Shown here: piece after piece, positions 27,351 through 41,189 of the stretch | How the letters are laid out: every line of letters starts with the position of its first letter | Numbering within the stretch: the first letter of the stretch is position 1 | NCBI RefSeq assembly: GCF_006345805.1 | Contig: NC_042997.1 | Location: 40,238,001 to 40,302,000, forward strand | Source of the DNA: Octopus sinensis | Lineage: Eukaryota | DNA: 64,000 nt | Direction: 5' to 3' | The notes under the pieces: generated by a model | Told to the model about the DNA's origin: nothing | Database searches by the model: none | The model's input: the letters and a program-made list of their open reading frames with translations, nothing else | Position numbers and translations under genes: made by a program

Positions 27351-28174
27351 ATATATATGCATGTGTATGCGTTCGCATACACGTGCGTATGTATGAACGT
27401 ACATATGTATGTATGTATGTATGTAGTCGTTGAATTCTCAGTAGTTCCTTCTTTCTCTTTCAAGGGAGAAAAATCTTATTGTGTATCCTGTTCTTTTTTT
27501 TCTTTTAGTAAAATAAATATATATTATATAATTATATATTATATAATTATATATTATTCAATATCATGTAATCTTTATACATCTAGTTTTCTATTCTTTA
27601 TTCGATTCAACAATAAGTTATTAAATATTTGTAATTACAAGTCAATATTTCGATTTTGTTTGAATCGCTTCAGTAAGATGTAATCACGAATTGGTAAAGT
27701 CGTTAGAGTGTCAAATATACTACCGCGCGATATTTGTTCTGAGTTTCAAGTTCAAATCCTACCGAAGTCAACTTTACTTTTCGTCCTTCCAGACTCGACT
27801 CGATAAAAATGACCAGTCCAGCGTGGTGAGTCAGTGGAATTGTAAGAAAGCTGGACCAAATCCCTAGTAGTATTTGTTCACTTTCTTATTGTTCTGAGTT
27901 CAAATCCCACCAAAGCCTACATAGGTGCCAGATTTAATTTTTTGCTCTATTTAACACCATCACCTGACACCTTAAGTGTTTAGTAGATTTCTCTGTGTTG
28001 TAAGTAATAGGACCAAGTCTCCTGTTTGTGAATACTTTCTTTCTTTTGTTCCATTAGTCACGGAGGCCATGTAAAGGATCATGCGTTCTATCCTGGAAAA
28101 GAGAAAGGGAGAGGTTGATAGGTATCTGCAGGTATATTTAATGGAAATATTTGATCACAAGAGAGCACACAGAA

Positions 28175-28250
28175 TACATACATACATACATACATACATG
28201 CATACATACATACATACATACATACATACATACATACATACATACATACA

Positions 28251-28281
<31 letters not shown>
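28175..28281. repeat. (TACA)n microsatellite
   Basis: Direct inspection. Confidence 0.95.
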
Positions 28282-28282
<1 letters not shown>

Positions 28283-29290
28283 GTCCCCAATATACTGTTT
28301 GAAAAAGGACACGAAAGATCCTCACTTAATAATCTCCAATAATCCGGTTTAGAAATATATGTGTACTAAAATATTCAATTTTCTCCTCTTGTATACCTAG
28401 TCACAAGAAAGCTAATGAGAAAAATGAAAGTCAGATCTTCAGCTGAATGAGGGCAGATGGTTAGTAGACTCTAACCTTTAGAATGATTTGCAGAAATTTG
28501 AGCGCAAAACTTTGAGGCTAAAGCTACACATCCACAACGATCAACCATCTTTTTCCTTTGTAAATATTAATCATAAATTGTATTTCATTTATGGGAAAAG
28601 TCGTTAAAGCGTGGAATAACTTTTCTTAATTTAGGCACAAGGGTAACAATATTCAGGAACGAAAAGTAATCGATACCATCGACTCCAGTACTTGACTGGT
28701 ACTTCATTTGATCGGTTCAAGATGAATAAATGGCACAGCTGACGCCAGTGAGATTTGAACTCAGAATGTAAAGCACCCCCCCCTCAAAAAAAAAACAACA
28801 GTATTTATTTCGATTCTTTGTGTCTTGATTTCAAATCCTAACCGGCCAACTTTACCTTTCGTCCTCTTGGGGTCGATGAAATGAAGTACCGATCTATGAC
28901 GGTGGCCGACTGGCAGAATTGCAAGGAGATCAGATCGGATGCCCAGCAGCATTTGTTGCATTCTGAGTTCAAATCTCGTCATTGCTTGATTGGATGATAT
29001 ACAAAAATCCTTTGTCCGGTTTAATATCACTAATTCGAATCTCCTGTGCTTTTAGCAAGTTTCATTCTGTTGTAAGCATTTGGGCCAAACACCCGGTTTC
29101 AGAATACCTCTCTCCTTCCCTCCCTCTCACCAATCTCAGAAGCCTAGTAAAGAGTCATGGACACTAACTTCCCCCCTAACAGAAACGTTAAAAGAAAAGA
29201 CCCAAATCGATATTAAATAGACGCACGCAGACTCACATACACCTATGTATGAATTAACATTGATACACAGGTAGACTGTCATGTGTCTAC

Positions 29291-29292
<2 letters not shown>

Positions 29293-29324
<32 letters not shown>

Positions 29325-29325
29325 T

Positions 29326-29406
<81 letters not shown>

Positions 29407-29408
29407 CA
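29293..29408. repeat. (GATA)n microsatellite
   Basis: Direct inspection. Confidence 0.95.
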
Positions 29409-31504
29409 GACAAGCAGATAGAGAAAGAGAGAAATAGAGAGAAGAGAAAAATTTCTCAGTAGTGGAAATAAATCGTAATTTAAGCTGTCAAATCTCAGGA
29501 CAAAATCTGAAGGCGAAATTTCATAACTGCGAAAATTGTTCTTCGGGTCAGATCAAAATAGTATTATTTGGATGGCATCAGTATGATAGTATGATAAATG
29601 TAATGGGTATGTGCATATAACACGCACACACACACACATTTATGCCCGTGTTTCTGTCTAAAAGCGTACATCTGTGTATAATCAACATAGGTTTTGACCT
29701 TGAGATTTTATGATCATCTCGACAGATTGTCAATGTTCGAATCAGCGTGGTTTAAATTTCGTCCAGTCTGGATGAAATATTAACAGGATTCACCACCGTC
29801 CACTCGAAGCACAAAACCTGATATGCAAAGTATCAACCACTTATCGATCGCATAGGATGCTCGGGATTGTAATATATCATAAAAGCCTGGCGTTGATATC
29901 AAGAACAGGTGTTCCGATGTCATAACAACATCGAGGCACCAATCATTGCACCAATTATTTCTAGAAATGATTTAAAAAAAATAATGATATTTTATCTGTT
30001 AAGTTTGTGGAAATCTGTAGATAGGCTATTTATTATAACTCCCCTTTCTCTCTCTCTCACTGTGATGGCAATGTTTATTCAAAACGTGCTTGTAATATAT
30101 CGAGATATTTGGTTTCTGTGAAAGCTTTTATGAGATACTTTGCATATACGAGTATTAGATTACGATTATTATCATCACCTTGTATCTCATATTTCAAGAT
30201 ATATTTATCACACAGACACGTATGCGTGGACATACATGGATGTGCACACATACATGCTCAAACACAAACACACACACACAAACACACCCAATCACACACA
30301 CGCACAAACACACACACATACCGAGACATGCACACATGTTTCTTTTGCTCGGCTGTTAAATAATGATTGTTAGTGTGCGCTCGTATCCTATGATAAAATA
30401 AATTTGCTTCTATCATGTGAAAGAGAGAAAGAGAAAGAGAAGCAGAGAGAGAGAGAGAGAGAGAGGCAGTGGCGGAGAAAGGAAGGACAGAAGATGGAGG
30501 GTCTATTTTAATATAAATTCTTTTCTTTTGCTCTTTCTCTCACACACGCGTTCTCTTTTTCTCTCTCTTTCTTTCTCTCACACATTTTTTCTCTCATACA
30601 CACATTCTCGCTTTCCCCCCTCTCTCTCTTACTCACACTCATTCTCTCTCTTTTTCTCTCACACTCATTCTCTCTCTTTTTCTCTCACACTCATTCTCTC
30701 TCTCTTCTCTTCCTATTTGTCATTATTTGAAATGAATCGCGAAAAACGCATAGGGTACATTCAATAAATCTATCTTCGTATTCCCAATACTATCTTTCTT
30801 TCTCTATCTCTCTCTCTCTCTCTTCCCCCTTAAGTATTTATCTATTCTTCTACCTAATTATGTTTGATATATGTAATGAGAAAACAGATAATCTCTAGAT
30901 GTTAGATGCATACAGACACTGGAAACATAGTATCTATCTGTCTAAGAAATTATTTATTATTTGCAAGGAATAAAAAAATGCATATGACTACTTAAATTTA
31001 CATGAAAAAGCCAAAGCTATACCTGAAATTTATTGTAAAGATTACGAACACATTTTCACTGTCCTCTTAGAAAATTTGGCATGTAGTCAATGCTAATGGA
31101 CTAGTATTAATGAAGCTGATTGTATTCTTGCTGCTAACTTGTTGCTAAGAGTACAAACTGTGGACCCGAAGATAGATAGGGTGATTACTGTTCTTTTACC
31201 AATTACCATTGTCATCTTGCCTGAAGAAATGTAAAATAATCGATATTTCTAACCACTTTTAAGAATCGAGGCTAATTAAAGGTGAATTTTCCACAGAAAA
31301 CATCATTTGACGAAAGAAAATATCAGCTGGGTGTTATTTTGAACCGAGATAGGTGACAGACACATTTAACACTTTCCATTGTAATAGCTAAAAGAAGACA
31401 ACAGGTTCATTGGAAGGCATTGCATATGACTGTGAACGAATTCATCCAAACCATATATAAATTCTTTTATTACACACAAATAAAAGGCATATGAATGGAT
31501 GGGT

Positions 31505-31872
31505 TCCGACGAGGGTTCCGGTTGATCCGAATCAACGGAACAGCCTGCTCGTGAAATTAACGTGTAAGTGGCTGAGCACTCCACAGACACGTGCACCCTT
31601 AACGTAGTTCTCGGGGATATTCAGCGTAACACAGAGAGTGACAAGGCCGTCCCCTTGAAATACAGGTACAGCAGAAACAGGAAGTAAGAGTGAGAGAAAT
31701 TTGTGGTGAAAGAGTACAGCAGGGATCACCACCATCCCCTGCCGGAGCCTCGTGGAGCTTTTAGGTGTTTTCGCTCAATAAACACTCACAACGCCCGGTC
31801 TGGGAATTGAAACCGCGATCCTATGACCGCGAGTCCGCTGCCCTAACCACTGGGCCATTGCGCCTCCACAAA
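31505..31872 (-). mobile_element. SINE family C
   Basis: Close match to 3507-3892. Confidence 0.9.
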
Positions 31873-32163
31873 CTCAGGCATATAGACTGGTATATCTATA
31901 CTTGCACAACTTTCTCTTTCTCTCACACACGCATATACACACAAGCACACATTTACGAACACATATATTGATGTTTCATTTCATATGGAGTTATATATAA
32001 AAAAACAAGTTAACATTAAACAGGGATACTTGTTGATTTTAAGCAGAATACGCATTTAGTCATTTTCACACGAAAAAGGCTAATGGTGACTTCGAAACTT
32101 TGGCATGCCAGCCGTTGCCAGCTGGGTATCCGAAATTCGAACTCATTTTCAAACTTTTCCTTA

Positions 32164-32208
<45 letters not shown>

Positions 32209-32282
32209 GTAAATATAATATGTGACAATTATTTGGTAGCCATGATAAAACTCCGAGTTTCGGATCCTGACCATTTTTATCA

Positions 32283-32363
<81 letters not shown>

Positions 32364-32447
32364 ATATATATATATATGTATATATGAATGTATGTATGTG
32401 TGTGTGTAAAAGCATAATCCATATACATACATATATATATCTATCTA

Positions 32448-33728
32448 CTAGCAAACGCACCTGTCCTTTGGACGGTTTAAGTTGCTTTGGTGGTATTTTT
32501 TCACCAAATAATTGAACTACCGAGAAGATTTGTGAGTAGCACGGCTACCTATGTTTCCGATTAACCTAGGAACAGAAAATCAAATTGAAGGCTGGTTATT
32601 GTAGAGGCCATTGTACTTTAATGATCATAGAACCTATAAGTTTGCAAGTGATGCAAAATAGAGCTACTGAAGTGTTTTGGGAGTAGATTATGGATAATGA
32701 CTACAAAATATAGTTGTTTTACATGAAAGCTAAATTTCTTGTCAGAAACAGTCACATAAATGGTGTAAGGAAATTGAAGGAACACATTACTTCCCTTCTG
32801 CAAGTTTATTTTTTTCAACAGCAAAGGGAGCTATTTTTTCGTAGAGATAAGCTAACAAAAGCCCCTTTATTCTATCTTCCCACATAGCCTGCGCATAAAC
32901 TAACAGCGAATGCTGCATAAAGTTAAATTGGTATGGAGCTTTCTGAAAAATATGTATAGCTTTCGCTAGTGGAAGCAAAACTCTTATTTAAAGGTTGATT
33001 CTTTGGGACGAATCCTATATGATTATTTAAAAAATGCTAGAACGACAATGCTAATGCATATTTTAAACAATGGACAGTAATCGAAATAGTATAATGGATG
33101 GGTAAATAAGCATCCTTAAAGTGAAACAACGCATTGGTAGGTAAACAAAGGTATCAAGAAATAGAAGAGAGGGAAGGAAACATCACCTTTCAAATAACCC
33201 ACAATAGGTAAAGGTAAGCTTGCCAAAGTTTAATGTAGTTTGAATATGGAGATTAAGATTATTTGGTATTGGATATTCATCACCTACAGTTTTCCTTGTC
33301 AATTTAATCACCGTGGCAGGTGGACAGTCGAAATATATAGACAAAATCCTTTCATTTTTATAAAAAGATTTAAAAAGTATGGAAGACCTACATGCAATAA
33401 AAACTATGTCCATTTAGGTTTAGGCAAAGGGTTATTGTGCATGATCATCCTTGGGACATAAGTAATGTGTGTAAAGTTTGGTGAAAATCGGTTGAGATTT
33501 GTGGAAATCTATGCGTTCAGTGTTCCTAGTCAATTTAATCACCGTCGCTGGTGGACAGTGGAAATAAATAAATAGGCAAAATCCTTTCACTTTTACAAAA
33601 AAAAAAAAAGATTAAATTGTATGGAAGACACTACGTACAAAAAACTATGTCCATTTATGTCCATTTGGTGAAAATCGGTTGAGAATTGTGGAAACGTGTG
33701 CGTTAGTCTGTGATTTATATATACTAGA
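32448..33728 (-). mobile_element. Non-autonomous Helitron, family H2 (~1.28 kb)
   Basis: Minus strand A|TCTAGTATATATAAA 5' end; 3' hairpin CCGTCC-AAA-GGACAGG then CTAG|T; ~240-bp tandem duplication at 33290-33700. Confidence 0.75.
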
Positions 33729-33819
33729 TATAACTAATACATATCATTTTATTCATTTTTTCATTTTATCTAGCTGTGGCCATGCTGGGGCACTGCCATT
33801 AAATATAATTTTTCTAATT

Positions 33820-34020
33820 TTGGCACAAGAACAGCAATTTAGAGCGGAAGGTGAAGTCGATCACATTGACTCCAGAGTTTAATTGATACTTATTTTATCG
33901 ACCACGAAAGGATGAAAAGTGAAGTCGATCTCAGTGTCATTTGAACTCAGAATGTAAAGACGGAAGAAATGTTGTTAAGCATTTTATCCATCGTACTAAC
34001 AATTCTGCCAGCTTTCCACC

Positions 34021-34022
<2 letters not shown>
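33820..34022 (-). mobile_element. SINE family B2, degraded
   Basis: Head, core and CTTGTGCCAAAATT tail. Confidence 0.7.
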
Positions 34023-34051
<29 letters not shown>

Positions 34052-34172
34052 CATACATACATACATACATACATGCATACGTACATACATGCATACGTAC
34101 ATATATGCATACGTACGTACATGCATATGTACGTACATACATACATACATACATATATACATACATACATAT

Positions 34173-34203
<31 letters not shown>

Positions 34204-34718
34204 CATACATATATACATACATACACATACATACATACTTACATAGATACATACATACATACATACTTACATACATACATACATGCATACATACATACAT
34301 GCATACATATATACATACATACATACATACATGCATACGTACATACATGCATACATACATGCATACGTACATACATGCATACGTACATACATGCATACGT
34401 ACGTACATGCATACGTACGTACATACATGCATATGTACGTACATACATACATACATACATATATACATACATACATACATACATATATACATACATATAT
34501 ACGTACATACATACATGCTTACATAGATACATACATATATACATACATACATATATACATACATACATACATATATACATACATATATACATACATACAT
34601 ACATACATACTTACATACATACATATACATACATGCATACATACATACATGCATACATACATACATACATACATACATACATACACATACATACATACAT
34701 ACATACATACATACATAC
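34022..34718. repeat. Long imperfect (TACA)n/(TGCA/TACG) microsatellite, ~700 bp
   Basis: Direct inspection; source of the MYVC/HTYI ORFs. Confidence 0.95.
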
Positions 34719-35089
34719 ACAAGCGAACATTCATATGAATGAATTGAAATATGTACGTTCATGAACTACTCAGCCACTTAGCTATGACCGCGTCACTTAT
34801 ATAAATCCTGTATGAACAATTGAATATGTCTATGCACGCAGACACTTCATATCTATACTGAAATAATGCGTGTTTTTTTATACTTCTTTTATTTCTCAAA
34901 ATTAAGACAAAGTTCTTTTTTAATCTGAAACATTACGCCCTCCTATGTTGCATGCAGTCTCTCTATTCTAAGTAATTGTCATGCTTCTGCCCCGTCCCTC
35001 AATACATCGTAAGCTATACACTATATTCCTAACCTTACAATAAACCTGTGGATTCATCCTACATATAAATTAATTGTTCTTCGTACATG

Positions 35090-36445
35090 GGGACCAATCA
35101 AAGGAATAAGCTCTACAGATTAAGGACCTTATAGGGGTACCAGGACTTTCTACTACTTCAATCTGTAGATTGGCCTTATGGTCTTTTCTGTGCTGTTACA
35201 GGATTTATTCCTGTATAGCGAGCAGATGCCCTTTGTATCACTCTCTATAATGGCTTTGTACTTAGCCCTGGTTCCTTTGTGCACTCTAATCCTGTCCCTT
35301 TGTTTGTAGCCAGAGAACTGCACGCGGTGAATGAAGTGTTGTATGTATTTTTCCAATTCCATAAGCTCGTACATGCAAGACACATTCCTCATCACTCTCA
35401 CCAAGTCTGCTACAAGAATATTGAACTTGGCATTGTCCACAATGGCTGTGTTCTTGTGGACAAGGTATTTAGAGGCCATGGGTTTCGCATAATGGGAGTG
35501 AAGGATCTAGACCTTATTGTTCTTGGTTCCTAATTAGAGTTCCGTGTCTAAAACTGGTAGCCTATAATAGGGGTGCCTGTTAAGGTAGTCTGTCGCTACT
35601 TTGATATTCTGGTGGATGGAGTTAGCTTTTTGCTGGATACTCTTCATAGTGTTAGCATCTAGATCATCAACATTGTCTTGTAGGGATGCTTTGGCTACTA
35701 TGATGATATCATCTCCAAAGAGGGAGTACATGGTTAGGGTTATGGAGTTCTCTGCTAATTTATCTTTGAGTCTCCTCTCCCACCATACCGTAAATAGGTT
35801 AGCCACACCACCAGCGATACTGACATCTATGGATGCACCTTCCTCTTGGGCGTATATATTGTTATTAAACTTAAATATATAGCCCTTGAATGTAATCTTG
35901 GTACTCGCACCCACCGCATGTGCGACCATCTTTTTAACTTGATCATCGTTTTCAGGGTCCGTTTTCAGGGGTCCGTATATAGGGGTCCACCAGTTCCATC
36001 TCTCTCTAGGAAGTCTTCCTGGCCATAGACGTTATAGTAGGGGGTTTAACTCTTACCGATATAATGGGACAGAAACAAGGTCATGTTCATCTAAGTAACC
36101 ATTGTCACATGTCAATTTTAGGAGGAGGTCCAGTTCTTCTGTGTCAATACCACGAAACTTTACATTGCTCTCGCTGATCATCTCCACACATTTCTCCACA
36201 CCAAAATCAATATCAATAGATGGGTATAAAGATACTACGTCCATACTGCTTATTATGCATCCTGTCAGGTCGTAGGCATGGTTGCAGTCATTGATTCTAC
36301 TGAGGAGATCCTATGTGCTGTCACACACATCCGGGGACATTTTCATCAGAGGGGGTATGATCAGAGAGAAGAAGTGGGAGATCCAGTAGTTGCTGGCAAC
36401 ATTGGCTCCGCAGACCGGTTTTGTCGGTGGTCGCCTTATGCTCCT
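35090..36445 (-). pseudogene. Degenerate PLE-like reverse transcriptase, second lineage
   Basis: PPTKPVCGAN..., SMDVVSLYPSID, FKFNNNIYAQEEGASI..SIAG.VANLF, YSLFGDD (YxDD position), LPVLD, YYAKPMASKYL across stops and frameshifts. Confidence 0.75.
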
Positions 36446-37156
36446 TGCGGAGTCCATACAGAACCGGAATACACACACACATGTACATGCACACAGATAT
36501 ATACATACATACATGCATACATACATATGTATGTATGCATTCATACATACGTACGTACATACACACATACACGCACGCACATATAGATATGCAAGTGTGT
36601 ACACGTCAGCTTTAAAATAGCATATTCTACATTGATGTTATATCATTGTACTATATATTCTTATAGTGTGTATGCATAAGTATATATAAGGAATGTACAT
36701 GAGACGAACGCTGGCAAGACATTCAACCTGATAGCTCGAGTGTCAATTGTAGAAAATGTAATATAGAGCAATAAGATGAAATGCCATTATGTTAAAAGAA
36801 CGTGCATCTATAAATAATGAAAAATTTCTACCTAATTACTGCCAATAAATTTTAACACACACACACACACTTGATACATTCTTAATACAACCAATATTCG
36901 TTGTTAAACACAATATCATTGTAAATATTGTTATCCTATCTACGTTTATATGTAGCGAAAAATTCAGCCCATCTCATTCCCATTAGTGTTATCCTTGTTT
37001 ATGGAAACCGAACGGAGTGTAATGTTTGTTTATATATAACATGCAGTTATATAATCAAATATTGTTAATAACAACGTGCAAGTGAAGCGAAACTAGCCAA
37101 TAGCAATGTAATCATAGAATTACTTATGTTAAAGCAATGGGCATAACTAAATAAAA

Positions 37157-37824
37157 GTGCCACCCTGCTTTTGCTTCCACATAACTTCCTGTCAAATGGA
37201 TGTTTTAAAATTAAATTTTCTACAAATACGCTTCAGATGGTGCAGATTCCGATTACATCGAAATTTGTTGGGTTTGGAGAGAGGGATTTCATTAAACTCA
37301 CACAAATCGGCTTGTTTCCTCATAACTTTCAGGAAAATAGGTATTTTCAAATGAAATTTTCTATAAATACTTTTCAGTGTATGTAAATTACGATTATAAT
37401 GAAATTTGATGTAAAAAGCAAAATGGTGAATATGCACACTTACATACTGACACACATCACAATGTTTTCCGAAATTTCAAGTTTCATTTTTTTAGATATA
37501 TGTGATGTATGTCAATATGTATGTGTGTGAGCCCATCAATTTTCTTTTCGTATTAAATTTCGATATAATCGTAATCTACACATACTGAAAAGTATTTGAG
37601 GAAAATTTCATAAAAAAATCATGCATGTCTTCGAAAGCTATGTGAAAACAAAGATGACACGTGAATTTTCAAGAACTTCTCTCCCCACACATAGAAAAAA
37701 TTTTTCATAGCAGATCGCAAGCATAATCGAAACTTAGATAATCTGAAGCGTACTTGTAGAATATTAGTTTTCAAAATATACTTTTTTTCTTGAAGCTTCG
37801 TGGAAAGAAAATCGGGCGGGGCAC
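37157..37824. mobile_element. Old palindromic MITE/foldback element
   Basis: Imperfect inverted symmetry over the whole length (e.g. TTCTACAAATACGCTTCAGAT vs ATCTGAAGCGTACTTGTAGAA; AAATACTTTTCAGTGTATGTA vs TACACATACTGAAAAGTATTT). Confidence 0.7.
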
Positions 37825-38632
37825 AGATGTGTAGGTATGCGAAGTAATGAAATATTAAACCTTAGTAGTCGGTGGCAAAGCATGCAACAGTCGAAAATGC
37901 AAAATTTAAGCAAACAGCTCCATGATGAAATATTGCAAAGCAGTTATTTACAGAACCGTCATTTAATATTAAAAAACAATGACGAATAAATCAAGAATAT
38001 TAACTGAAATCTAAAAGAAAATGAAACAAACTTTAATAGAAGTCGTAGAAATATTCGCACATATAATGCTTGCCAAGAAGAAATCCAAATGACAGACTAC
38101 TTGTCTTTGAGTATGCCCATATATTGTAGTCCGGTGATGAACACTTCCCTCTGGCCGGGGCCGGTATATCATTGTGCATGCATTACCGAAAGTCCACAAT
38201 AAGGACTAACTTTTAAATATATATATGTGTGTGTGTGTGTGTGTGTTCATTTAGATTTTGTGTTTTATTGGGTCCGGTGTGTGATTTTGGTATTTTCTCC
38301 CTAAAAATGGAATTGTGTTATCGTGTCTCCATTTTCTGATTTCGGCGTTCTGGTTCCCATGTTGGTGGAATGGATGGTTCATGTCTTTTATACGAATTCC
38401 GTTGGTTATAAGTTTTATTCTATTCCCATCTTCCATGCTTTTTTCACCATTCAGGATATATGGGATTTTTGGTCATAAATCGTGGGTTGCTTGAGTTTTC
38501 ATGATGATTATGAGGTCACCATTCTGAAACCCATTCAAATACAATGATAAATAACTAAATAGCTAAATAAATAAATGAATGGTGACTTGGAAGGGGTATC
38601 TCTCTCCTTATCTCTCTCTCTCTCTCTCTCCT

Positions 38633-38673
<41 letters not shown>

Positions 38674-39109
38674 CAACTATCTATCTATCTATCTATCTAT
38701 CAACTATCCTCCTGCCTATATTTCTATCTATCCATCTCCATTGTCAATGGAACTTCACCCCAAAAAACAAAAACAATGTTCTCTTCTTCTAAACAAAACT
38801 CCCCAAAAAACATCTGTTTTATATAAATGAATAAGCTTTTTGTACATTCACAAAACTTTGACAAGTTCGAGAAAGGAACGAAAGCGCTAATAGTAATGAA
38901 GAAATAAACAGAATTTTTCCAAAATTATGACGACATGTTTTCTCAATATTCAATTTCTGTACATCACACCTAACAGTCTATACATACATACGTACATATA
39001 TACATACATACACACATGCATACATACATACATAAGTATGTATGTATGTATGTATGTATGTATGTATGTATGTATGTATGTATGTATGTATGTATGTATG
39101 TACACTCTT

Positions 39110-39492
39110 TTATTCTTTTACTTGTTTCAGTAATTTGACTGCGGCTATGCTGGAGTACACCCTTTAGTCGAACAAATCGATCCAGGGACTTATTCTTTGT
39201 AAGCAAGGTACTTATTCTATCGAATACCTTTGCCGAACTGCTAAGTTACGGGGGGACGTAAACGCACCAACATCGGTTGTCAAGCGTCAGTGGGGAACAA
39301 ATACAGACACACACACAAATACACACTCATAGACACATTCACATATACACACACATACGACGGGCTTCTTTCAATTTGGTCGGCCCGAGGCTACAGTAGA
39401 TGACACTTGCCCAAGATGCCACGCAGTGGGACTGAACTCGGAACCATGTGGTTGGAAAATAAGCTTCTTACCACACAGCTACTCCTGCCCCT
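39110..39492 (-). mobile_element. SINE family A, internally deleted
   Basis: Match to other copies. Confidence 0.85.
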
Positions 39493-39493
39493 G

Positions 39494-39560
<67 letters not shown>

Positions 39561-39611
39561 TGTGTGTGTGTTTGTGTGTATGTGTGTGTGTGTCTGTGTG
39601 TTTATATATAT

Positions 39612-39670
<59 letters not shown>

Positions 39671-39671
39671 T

Positions 39672-39725
<54 letters not shown>

Positions 39726-40463
39726 ATATATATATATTAAAATAAGAGCTACTAATAGTTTCTCATACTTTCTTGCCATAAAGACAAGTTGTTTGGCATG
39801 TTTTTATAGCTGCCTTGTGTCTCCGCGCAGTCTCCGCGCTCTGAGCACTTGGCATGTTCTATATGAAAAATCACAACGCTGGTACATGAGAGACCACGAG
39901 AAAAAAAACGAGAAGGTTGATGCAAAATGTGGAATGAGAAGACAAAGGGTAAATAAAAACGGAAAAAGAAAGGGAAAAAATGGATAAAATTATGGAAGTC
40001 ATAATGAAAACTAATTGTACGGTGAATATGCATCGACAAGAATCTGGACTTCCATTTTGTTTTTCTGTTTTTTTTTTTTTCAGTTCTTTTCTGATGTCTT
40101 CTCGGAGAAAATGCTTTATCTAAAACAATTATCTTTACTTTATCTAACGGCACCACAATATTCACTTCAGTTATTACTAGCATCAAAGACTATGTATGAT
40201 TAGTTCAGCTTATTCTTTTGAAATATTAGAGTGCTAAGAGGAAAAAGTGAATTCATTTCCGTATTCTATTTGAAATTTAATTTTTCATTCCAGCTACAGG
40301 TAATCTCGAATGGATTATAATGTTGACTTCATAGCAATCTCTTTTGTTCTACGTTATTCTTATTAATCTTATAAAAAAAAATGGCTGATGAATCCATATG
40401 AGAATTCTGAACTTTGGACACGTCTATCTTGCTACGATGTAATTAACAGATTACAAATATTAT

Positions 40464-40793
40464 TTTACTCTTTTACTTGCTTCAGTCACTTGACTGCGGC
40501 CATGCTGGAGCACCGCCTTTAGTCGAGCAAATCGTCCCCAGGACTTATTCTTTGTAAGCCTAGTACTTATTCTATCGGTCTCTTTTGCCGAACCACTATG
40601 TTACGGGGACGTAAACACACCAGCATCGGTTGTCAAGCGATGTTGGGGAGAAACACAGACACAAAAACATACACACACGCACACACACACACGCACGCAC
40701 ACACACACATATATATATATATATATAATATATATATATATATAATATATATATATATATTATATATATTATATATATATATATATAACACAC

Positions 40794-40828
<35 letters not shown>

Positions 40829-40987
40829 GAACGGGCTCCCTTCAGTTTCCGTCCACCAAATCCACTCACAAGGCTTTGGTCGACCCGAGGCTATAGTAGA
40901 AGACACTTGCTCAAGGTGCCAGGCAGTAGGACTGAACCCAGAACCATGTGGTTCGTAAATAAGCTACTTACCTCACAGCCACTCCTG
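40464..40987 (-). mobile_element. SINE family A with expanded internal (TA)n
   Basis: Match to other copies. Confidence 0.9.
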
Positions 40988-41189
40988 GAAATTTTCTTTA
41001 AATAAAATTTCAGAATAAACAATATTTCGCTTGCCGTAACATTAAACATATTAAGCTCAAACATACAAATAAAAAATAATAGTTATGTTATATGATACTT
41101 ACATAGTTGACTAATCTTGTTTAGTTTTCCTCTTAGTTTTTCTCTTATTGCTGGAAAGGATTAGTTGAACAAAGATTTTGATATGAGCT

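Noticed and set aside
31071-31230. Cys-rich Ly6/quiver-like exon candidate (NLACSQC*WTS..DC)
   Set aside because: It needs two premature stops and a frameshift to keep the Cys pattern, so chance cannot be excluded.
33941-34764. Long ORFs of 185-271 aa (MYVC/HTYI repeats), and similar ORFs at 8.3, 28.1, 39.5, 51 and 57.7-58.4 kb
   Set aside because: They are translations of (TACA)n, (TA)n and (CA)n microsatellites, which lack stop codons in some frames.
38110-38210. GTGATGA...CCGAAAGTCCACAATAAGGACTA hammerhead-like text
   Set aside because: GGTGATG pairs with CATTACC as a stem, leaving no CUGANGA core; it is better read as a small imperfect inverted repeat.
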